This document shows, in pieces, positions 24,029 through 30,505 of a stretch of DNA of 32,000 bases (positions are counted from its first letter, which is position 1; every line of letters begins with the position of its first letter). The notes beneath the pieces are model-generated. The model did not search any database and was not told where the DNA came from. It saw only the letters and a list, made by a program, of their open reading frames with translations. Origin of the DNA: Chlamydiota bacterium. GTDB lineage: Bacteria; Auribacterota; JACPWU01. Both the position numbers and the translations under genes were made by a program. The stretch covers positions 5,222 to 37,221 of the forward strand of contig JACPWU010000063.1 of NCBI GenBank assembly GCA_016196885.1. Reading direction: 5' to 3'.

Positions 24029-24108
24029 GTCTAAGTGCTTAAGTGTCTAAGTGATTAAGTTATAAGGAAGGATTTGTTTTTACTTAAGCACTTGGTTACG
24101 CACTTATT
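24029..24108. repeat. CTTAAG-word hairpin element, copy R; period-8 TAA ladder
   Basis: TAA occurs at 24024, 24032, 24040, 24048 and 24056. AAGTGCTTAAG (24033-24043) is exactly complementary to CTTAAGCACTT (24083-24093). It lies between convergent livF and the hybrid kinase gene. Confidence 0.88.
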
Positions 24109-25198
24109 ACCTGGGAATCTCCACACAAAAAACACTTCCGCCTTCTGGATTGTCTTCAATCCAGACCTTGCCCTGATGGAGTTCAACAAGGCGTTTAACG
24201 ATGGCAAGTCCCAGGCCGGTTCCTTTAATCCCAAGTCTATCTGCCCTTTGAAAGCGTGTGAAGAGTTTAGGTTTGACATCTTTGGGGATTCCACATCCCC
24301 AGTCCTTGACATAGATTTTCAACAGGGGTCCTTCCTCCGTAAGACCCACCTCAACCTTTTTGCTCTCCGGAGAATATTTGATGGCATTGCTGACGAGATT
24401 GGAAAAAACATTTTCGATCATCGAATGGGCCATGCAGAAAATGTCTTCGACTGCCCTCAGTTCTACTGTTATTTTCTTTTCTTTAGCTTGGACTTGAAAG
24501 TTATGAACAACATTTCTGAGAATCTCCGTGAGACTTATTTTTTTTCGGGTTAATTTTTGGACATCCTCCAGTTTTGCATAAACTTGAGCACCCATGATCA
24601 TCTCTGTGATTTTGTTGATGCTTTGATCAATGGCCAAAAGCGATTGTTTGTCTTCCTCTTTCTTTGAAGTGTCTTTCAGGAGTTGAGCAGCCTGCTTGAT
24701 GACGGCCAGGGGATTCATGAGGTCATGACGCATAATGTCCATAAATAAATCTTTTAAGTGATTGGCTCCTTCTAGTTTTGTGGAATATTGTTTCAGAACT
24801 TCTTGGTGACGCTTTCGCTCGATGGCGTAGCGTAAGGTGCGTAGAAGCATGTGTGCATCAATCTTTCCCTTAATCAAATAATCTTGTGCCCCTTGACGCA
24901 AGGCTTCCGCGGCCCATTGCTCTTCTTCAAAACTTCCCGTCATGATCACAATGGGGAGAGAAGGCGCATTTTTTTGAAGCTCAAGAAAAGTATCCAGCAT
25001 GTGGCTGTCAGGAAGATTGAGATCTGATAAAACGACGTCTATGTTTCCAGTATGGAGACAAGCTAAGGCCTTTTTGAGTTCGTCTACCCAATGAAGGGAT
25101 AGATCGTGAATATCCGCTTCGGTGAGCATTTCCTGGAGGAAACGAGCGTCTCCTGGATTGTCTTCAACCAAGAGAACCTGCAAGGGTTTTTCAGGCAT
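24107..25198 (-). CDS. Hybrid response regulator-histidine kinase (REC-HisKA-HATPase)
   Basis: Starts at ATG (complement of 25196-25198), giving MPEKPLQVLLVEDNPGDARF. The REC domain has DLNLPD. It has the H-box MRHDLMNPL and an HATPase (DWGCGI, GTGLGL). The longer track start at 25267 lies inside a palindromic repeat. Confidence 0.88.
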   Translation of the reverse strand: MPEKPLQVLLVEDNPGDARFLQEMLTEADIHDLSLHWVDELKKALACLHTGNIDVVLSDLNLPDSHMLDTFLELQKNAPSLPIVIMTGSFEEEQWAAEALRQGAQDYLIKGKIDAHMLLRTLRYAIERKRHQEVLKQYSTKLEGANHLKDLFMDIMRHDLMNPLAVIKQAAQLLKDTSKKEEDKQSLLAIDQSINKITEMIMGAQVYAKLEDVQKLTRKKISLTEILRNVVHNFQVQAKEKKITVELRAVEDIFCMAHSMIENVFSNLVSNAIKYSPESKKVEVGLTEEGPLLKIYVKDWGCGIPKDVKPKLFTRFQRADRLGIKGTGLGLAIVKRLVELHQGKVWIEDNPEGGSVFCVEIPR

Positions 25199-25235
25199 AA
25201 GTACTCTCAAGTTATTCTCGAAACTACCTCCTGCC

Positions 25236-25289
25236 GTCATCCCCGAGTGCACTTGTCGGGGATCCATTTTATTTCAAAACTGGATTCCC
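25236..25289. repeat. GTCATCCCCGAG...TCGGGGATCCAT...TGGATTCCC palindromic element, copy 1
   Basis: The hairpin ATCCCCGA-GTGCACTTG-TCGGGGAT is followed by a T-rich tract and TGGATTCCC. The same modules recur at 30412-30459. It lies between the response-regulator stop and the hybrid kinase start. Confidence 0.8.
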
Positions 25290-25297
25290 ACTTTATT

Positions 25298-25750
25298 CTA
25301 ATCCGGAGGCAGTTTCACAACGGTCAGCCAAAAATTTTCAATCGATTGCACCACTTCGATAAATTTTTCAAGATCTACAGGTTTGGTGATGTAACAGTTG
25401 GCATGGAGATTGTAGCTTTTCAAAATGTCTTCTTCGGCTTTAGAGGTCGTTAGGATGACAACAGGGATGCGCTTCAAATCCGGATCTTGTTTGACTTCGG
25501 CTAACACTTCTCGGCCGTCTTTTTTAGGAAGATTGAGGTCCAGTAGGATAATATCCGGCCTGGGCATATCTTTATGTTTTCCTTCCTTTCGCAGATAGGC
25601 CATGGCCTCAACCCCGTCTTCTACAACATTCATGCGGTTATGGACCTTGGCCTCCTTAAAAGCTTCAACGGTGAGCCTGACATTGGCGGGACTGTCTTCA
25701 ACCAAAAGAATTTCAATGGGTCTTCCGACGATATTTGAGGTACCCATCAT
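25298..25750 (-). CDS. Single-domain response regulator (CheY-like REC)
   Basis: Starts at ATG (complement of 25748-25750), giving [21 protein letters not shown]. It has [21 protein letters not shown] and ANCYITKP. The track start at 25780 lies inside the MITE. Confidence 0.9.
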   Translation of the reverse strand: MMGTSNIVGRPIEILLVEDSPANVRLTVEAFKEAKVHNRMNVVEDGVEAMAYLRKEGKHKDMPRPDIILLDLNLPKKDGREVLAEVKQDPDLKRIPVVILTTSKAEEDILKSYNLHANCYITKPVDLEKFIEVVQSIENFWLTVVKLPPD

Positions 25751-25767
25751 CTTCCCTTTCTCTTTGT

Positions 25768-25903
25768 TAGGCATATGCACTTGAGGATTCCCCTAGTAGT
25801 CGCCCGATTCATTGGGCAATCCATGCAAGGGGCACAAGGCTGCCCCATAAATGGGGCGACTACAAATTCTTGCTATCTGAGGGGAATCAAGTGCATATGC
25901 CTA
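25768..25903. mobile_element. MITE copy 2 (136 bp; about 97% identical to copy 1; 8-bp TSD CTCTTTGT/TTCTTTGT)
   Basis: It has the same TIRs and core as 12662-12794. It differs by a 3-nt GGA insertion in the left TIR and two substitutions. The flanking octamers 25760-25767 and 25904-25911 match at 7 of 8 positions. Confidence 0.88.
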
Positions 25904-25923
25904 TTCTTTGTTTTATTCTAACA

Positions 25924-27534
25924 TCATTTTTGAATTGTGAAATAAAAAGTCGAGCCCTGCCCTACTTGGGATTCAACCCATATTTTTCCTCCTTGGGACT
26001 CAACAATTTTTTTGCAAATGGCAAGTCCGATGCCTGTCCCCTGATATTCACTCTGACTGTGAAGTCTTTGGAAAATCACAAAGATGCGGTCATGGTATTG
26101 AGGATCAATCCCAATTCCATTGTCTTTGACAGAAAAAAGCCATGCACGATCTTCAGGTTTTGCCGAGATATGGATCTGTGGAGGTTGATCGCTGCGGTAT
26201 TTGATTGCGTTCCCAATCAAATTTTGGAGCAGTTGTTTCATTTGTAGTTTTTCTACTTGAATTTGAGGAAGGGGATCGTGAGAAACGCCTGCTTTGCTTG
26301 GGTCAAGCGTTTCCTTAAGATTTAAAAGAATTTCTTCAAGGAGTTTTTCACAATCTACAATTTCTTTTTCTTTTCCACTTCTTCCAATGCGTGAATACTC
26401 CAAAAGGTCATTGATCATCTCATGCATGCGTTGGGCGCCGTCTGTCGCAAAATGAATGAACTCATTGGCATCTTGACCCAGTTTGTCTTTATAGCGTTTG
26501 GCCAAGAGTTGAACATAGCCTGAAACCATTCTCAAAGGTTCTTGAAGGTCATGGGAGGCGACGTAGGCAAATTGTTCAAGGTCTTGATTGGAGCGCCCCA
26601 GCTCTTTGGTTTTTTCGAGAAGAGCCTGCTCTGTCTTTTGATAAACAATCAAATGGTCTTGCAAGTCCTGATTGGCCTTTTTGAGTGCCCGTGTTCTTTC
26701 CGTGACGAGGTCCTCAATGCGGCTTGTTCTACCGGTCAAGATGAGAATGAATGCGCTGAGTAGCAGGGTCAAAACAAGGCCTCCCATTAAAGAATCCCAG
26801 TCCTCCGTCTCGTGGTAAGTAAGATTTGTTTTTAGGTTGAATTCGAGCTCTCTTTTTTCATTCTCCCATTGATTCGCCTGAACAAAGGCAATGACGATGA
26901 AGATGAAGGTGACAAGGAAAGGCAGAGAAATAGAAAGACGTCTTTTTTGCCAATGGGGCTCCAAGGGGGGATGACTCCAGGCTAGGGCCAGGGGCGAGAA
27001 GATAAGGACTCCGATCGTATCTCCTGTCCACCAGGTCAGCCAATGGGAGGAAATTTGCGAGGGTGAAATTTGATTGAAAAAGAAGAGATTTTCAACACCC
27101 CAAACCGAACTGATGAGACAACTGAGGGGGCCTCCAAGGATTAGAAATTTAATCACATCTTTTTCAAATTGTAAGGAAAATGGATTTTTCACGAAGCGAC
27201 GGATGAAGAAAGCGCCTGTCATGGCTTGAATGCTGGCTCCGAGGCCGATGCCCAGAGAAAGTTCAAGGGATTTTAAGACGGTCGCTCCACTTGTGAGGTC
27301 TAGAGAAGTTCCCAGATTGGCAAGGAAGGAACCCAGCCAAATTCCTGGCCAAATTCCATACCCGCATCTGAGTACCCCCGCAAGTGCCAATCCTGCTGCG
27401 GGCCAGATCGCGGTCGCGTAGCCTGGAGGGATTGCAAGAAGAAGGGATAATTTTGCAATCGCACAATAGAGAAGGGCCACCAAAAAAATTTTGATGGGCC
27501 TTTTCATCGAATCAAGCCAAAAGCCTGAGTTCAT
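25924..27534 (-). CDS. MASE1-domain sensor histidine kinase
   Basis: 536 aa. The N-terminal polytopic MASE1-like region (AKLSLLLAIPPGYATAIWPAAGLALAGVL) is followed by a coiled linker, the H-box ASHDLQEPLR and an HATPase (DNGIGI, GTGIGL). Confidence 0.9.
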   Translation of the reverse strand: MNSGFWLDSMKRPIKIFLVALLYCAIAKLSLLLAIPPGYATAIWPAAGLALAGVLRCGYGIWPGIWLGSFLANLGTSLDLTSGATVLKSLELSLGIGLGASIQAMTGAFFIRRFVKNPFSLQFEKDVIKFLILGGPLSCLISSVWGVENLFFFNQISPSQISSHWLTWWTGDTIGVLIFSPLALAWSHPPLEPHWQKRRLSISLPFLVTFIFIVIAFVQANQWENEKRELEFNLKTNLTYHETEDWDSLMGGLVLTLLLSAFILILTGRTSRIEDLVTERTRALKKANQDLQDHLIVYQKTEQALLEKTKELGRSNQDLEQFAYVASHDLQEPLRMVSGYVQLLAKRYKDKLGQDANEFIHFATDGAQRMHEMINDLLEYSRIGRSGKEKEIVDCEKLLEEILLNLKETLDPSKAGVSHDPLPQIQVEKLQMKQLLQNLIGNAIKYRSDQPPQIHISAKPEDRAWLFSVKDNGIGIDPQYHDRIFVIFQRLHSQSEYQGTGIGLAICKKIVESQGGKIWVESQVGQGSTFYFTIQK

Positions 27535-27743
27535 CTCTCCCTATATGTTTGGAATGATCCTATGTTGATTATTATACCTTATATTTTTAGAGAAATGAAA
27601 GAATTGTATATAACTAATTGATTAAGAAATAGTTATAAATTAACTCAAATTGTTTTACTTTTTACTTTTCACTTGCCATCCGTGTCTTTATTAGAGAAAT
27701 CCAGGGTTTATTTCATTTATTTCTATAGGTACAGGGGGCAGTT

Positions 27744-29525
27744 TTGACACAGAAAATTCTTTCTCAACTTATTGCGCTGATACGTGTTAGCTTTCTTCTG
27801 CCTCTCTCGCTCTCTTTGGTTCTAGATCCTTCTCTTCTTTCTCAACCCCTTTTTGCTCAAAGCTTGGTTTCTAAGCCCCTCAACATGGAGGCTTACTCAA
27901 CTCCTTCTTTTTTAGACATGGATCTCTCTGAAGAGAGCGGGATGATTCAAAGACGATGGGTTTCACCAAACGCCTTCCAAGAAAAGAAAGTGGTGATTGT
28001 CCAGGATATTCACGTGCAGCCTGAGGCCCAGAAGAACATTGCCTGGATGATGGAGCGTTTGGTCCAGGATTATGGCGTTCATTGGATTGGGGTGGAAGGT
28101 GCTTCTGGGCCCCTCGATATTTCCCGGCTTGAGAAGGTCGAGGCCAGTTTGAAGAAGAAAGAGGAAGTGACGCATCAATATTTAAAGAGAGGAATTCTAA
28201 CAGGTCCTGAAATGCTTTCCATTATCAAGGATGGAAAATTGGGTTTGAAGTTCTGGGGAATTGAGGATGTCGAACTTTATCGGGAGAATCTAAAATATTT
28301 TAGAGAGACGGTGAGGGCTCGAGAAAAAGTGATGGAGGACTTAAAAGGATGGATCCAAGAGATTCGTCAATTGGAAAAGAAAACTTATTCAAAAGAGTTG
28401 TGGGAGTTTGAGGAAAAGGCGTGGGCGTATGAGGAGGGGAAGTTGCCCCTAGATCAGTGGGTGGAATATTTAAAAACAGTCGATAGTCGACAGTCGATAG
28501 TCGATAGTTCAAAAGGGATAAATTTATTTTTTCCGTGGACTATGGTCTATGGACTGTGGACTCAAGATTATGTAAATACATCTCTCATTCTTCAAATCAG
28601 TTCTCTTGAGAAAAATTTGGATCTTAAAAAAGTAGAAGAAGAGCGCAAAACGTTTTTGGAATCTTTAGAAAAGAAATGGGTGAAGGAAGAAATGGCCCAT
28701 GTTTTAAAGGACAGTTTGCTCTTTCGTTTGGGTCGCATGAGCGAGGCGAAATATTATGAGACTTTAAGCCCTTATCTTAAGAAGGTTTCAGGCTCCTTTC
28801 CCAATCTTGAAAAATACATCCAGGCGGTGCTGATTCAAAAAGAATTAGATTGGCCAGCTCTGTCAAAAGAAATTTTAAAACTTGAAGATGAAGTGAGAGA
28901 TAAGCTTATGCAGTCTGAAGAAGAGAAGAAATTGTATAAGGTGTCGGAACAATTTAAGGCAATTGGGAAAATATTGAATTTGGAACTTACACGGGATGGG
29001 TTTGAGGAATATCGAGATAAAGAATGGGGAAGTGTTCAGAAGGTGAGGGAGGATGTTGAATATTTGATGATTCAAAATCAAAAATCAAAAATCAAAAATC
29101 TCCTGGCTGGGCTTCAGTCTTCGGCATCCTTCTACCAAGCCGCACTCAAGCGAGATCATGTTCTATTTGCTAATTTAATGAATCAAATGGAGAAGGAAAA
29201 AATTCAAGAGGCGGCGGTGGTGGTGGGTGGATTCCATAGTTCAGCTTTAGAAGAAAATCTTAAAGAGAAAGGAATTTCTTTTATTGTTCTGGCGCCCCAG
29301 TTAAAGCATGTAGAGGAATTGACCCCTTATGTAGACCTCATGATGGATGATGAAATCCTCATTCCTGAAGAGAATAAAAATCAGCACATGGCCCCTCCGC
29401 ATGAGGTGGATTCTGGTGAAGCGATTGTTAAAAATCTTGGACTATCTGGACGGGCAGAGAAAAATATTGAAGAGATGCAGAGGGGGATGGGAGGACAGGA
29501 GACTTCTGAAGCTCTATCTTTTCAG
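27744..29525 (+). CDS. Secreted or membrane-anchored TraB/GumN (Tiki-like) family protein; the 3' boundary is not defined by a stop codon
   Basis: TTG 27744 lies 5 nt after AGGGGG. The N-terminal hydrophobic signal/anchor is ILSQLIALIRVSFLLPLSLSLVL...LFAQS. Family motifs are VVIVQDIH, HWIGVEGA and ALKRDHVLFANLM...AAVVVGGFHSSALEENLKEKGISFIVL. Protein-like Glu/Lys-rich composition continues to about 29520. The end is placed at CAG 29523-29525, one transition away from TAG. Confidence 0.6.
28479..28562. repeat. Heptamer-word inverted repeat (GTCGATA / ATGGACT words) located in frame inside the TraB-like CDS
   Basis: Left-arm words start at 28479, 28486, 28493 and 28500. Right-arm words start at 28535, 28542, 28549 and 28556. 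The arms are complementary at about 17 of 25 positions. The element encodes VDSRQSIVDSSKGINLFFPWTMVYGLWT. Confidence 0.85.
29072..29100. repeat. Tandem heptamer TCAAAAA (about 4 units) in frame inside the TraB-like CDS
   Basis: TCAAAA, then TCAAAAA three times, then TC. It encodes QNQKSKIKN. On the minus strand it reads as a period-7 TGA ladder. Confidence 0.85.
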
Positions 29526-30073
29526 GGGACAAGAGCAGCAAGTCGTTTCTCGACAACGACCACCCGATTTTCAAGAAGGCTAAATTCTTCCAGATCAACT
29601 TTAACTTTTATTTGGCTCTTAATGATGCGAATGTCGGATTCGATGCGGACATTGCTTTCTTCGATTTTAGCGACTCTGGATTCAATTCGAACGACTTTTT
29701 CATCTAGGTGCGAAACTTTCTCATCTAATTTTGAAACCTTTTCATCTAACTTCTTAAATTGGAATTGGGCTCGGATTTGGCCGTCGCTCAGTTCCAGAAG
29801 TCCAGACGAAAGAAATTTTAGGGTTTCTTCCGTTTTGGAAAATCTTTGGTCAATTTTTTCAAATTTTTCATTGCTCTCATCAAATCCCCGATCCACACGC
29901 TCTCTTAATCCGACTAAGCCTTCACCAAAAACCTTAAATTGGCTTCGCATCTCCTCAATGATGACGGAATTATACCGCTGGATTTCCTCAGGAGTGGGAA
30001 TGGGTTTCGGAGTTTTTTTCTCATTTTTCTCATTCATGGAAAGGATTCTAATTTCAGGGTTGTCACAAGTCAA
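29522..30073 (-). CDS. Coiled-coil protein with KLDEKVS-type repeats (hypothetical)
   Basis: 183 aa from TTG, or 171 aa from ATG (complement of 30035-30037, MNEKNEKK). It has heptad-like repeats KLDEKVSKLDEKVSHLDEKVVRIESRVAKIEESNVRIESDIR. Its composition is far more protein-like than the overlapping + frame. It sits directly downstream of the DUF2283 gene on the same strand. Confidence 0.55.
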   Translation of the reverse strand: MTCDNPEIRILSMNEKNEKKTPKPIPTPEEIQRYNSVIIEEMRSQFKVFGEGLVGLRERVDRGFDESNEKFEKIDQRFSKTEETLKFLSSGLLELSDGQIRAQFQFKKLDEKVSKLDEKVSHLDEKVVRIESRVAKIEESNVRIESDIRIIKSQIKVKVDLEEFSLLENRVVVVEKRLAALVP

Positions 30074-30137
30074 TCGAAATTTATTTTTCCGCCTTGCGGC
30101 TTTGGAAAATGTCAGAAGTCAAGACTTGACCCCAGAT

Positions 30138-30353
30138 TCAAGCAGCAGTGACAGGAATGTCGATCGTTACCCTACCGAGCTCCTCGATGGGCAAACGGGT
30201 GCTGGCATCCAGGATCTCGAGACCAAAGAGCCTCCCCCTTTTGTCGATGTCGCACAGAATTCCGTCTCGAATTTTAATCGTCTGACTGATTTTAGACTTT
30301 TTCTGGAACTGAATATAGAGGGCATCAGCCCGGCTGTCATAATTTATTTTCAT
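30138..30353 (-). CDS. DUF2283-family small protein
   Basis: 71 aa. MKINYDSRADALYIQFQKKSKISQTIKIRDGILCDIDKRGRLFGLEILDAS follows the DUF2283 pattern (YD..aDalYi ... D.d..G.l.GiEil.AS). Confidence 0.7.
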   Translation of the reverse strand: MKINYDSRADALYIQFQKKSKISQTIKIRDGILCDIDKRGRLFGLEILDASTRLPIEELGRVTIDIPVTAA

Positions 30354-30411
30354 CTTTTATTCTCCTTCCCAATCGGAATTTTCCATTACATGCTCAAGAT
30401 GCTTGTAAGTT

Positions 30412-30505
30412 GTCATCCCCGAGTGTTTTTATCGGGGATCCATGTTTTTTTGGATTCCCGCTTACCCCTTTCTGGGGCTACTTCGTTGAAGCTTGCGGGA
30501 ATGAC
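30412..30505. repeat. Composite palindromic element, copy 2 of the GTCATCCCCGAG family, plus an ATTCCCGC/GCGGGAAT hairpin
   Basis: The hairpin ATCCCCGA-GTGTTTTTA-TCGGGGAT (30415-30439) is followed by a T-run and TGGATTCCC. ATTCCCGC (30454-30461) pairs with GCGGGAAT (30495-30502), enclosing CCCC-TTTCT-GGGG. ATG 30501 lies in the last arm. Confidence 0.8.

Noticed and set aside
1938-24108. Short periodic repeats at many junctions considered as degenerate CRISPR arrays or tandem-repeat satellites.
   Set aside because: Units are only 7-8 nt with no spacers. Arrays are 3-7 units long and are arranged as inverted repeats. No cas genes are present. This is not CRISPR architecture.
2532-25780. N-terminal extensions used by the ORF track: nuoA from 2532, nuoB from 2896, nuoI from 9938, MurC-like from 11961, histidine kinase from 17983, hybrid kinase from 25267 and response regulator from 25780.
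   Set aside because: The extensions overlap upstream genes or repeats, start at TTG or GTG, and add non-homologous residues. Internal ATGs give family-typical N-termini and sensible gene spacing.
25870-26247. 125-aa + ORF downstream of the MITE.
   Set aside because: It starts inside MITE copy 2 and otherwise runs antisense to the well-supported MASE1 histidine kinase gene.
27535-27743. The AT-rich 209-bp region upstream of the TraB-like gene, considered as a possible origin-like or mobile-element boundary.
   Set aside because: I could find only generic AT-rich promoter-like sequence. There are no DnaA-box clusters, direct repeats or TIRs, so the evidence is insufficient for any call.
28491-29525. 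Stop-codon reassignment (TAG read as Gln) as an explanation for CAG at positions where TAG would be expected.
   Set aside because: The DNA itself reads CAG, so no recoding is needed. TAG also clearly terminates nuoE, nuoG, livH, the porin gene, the MurC-like gene and the response-regulator gene in this window.
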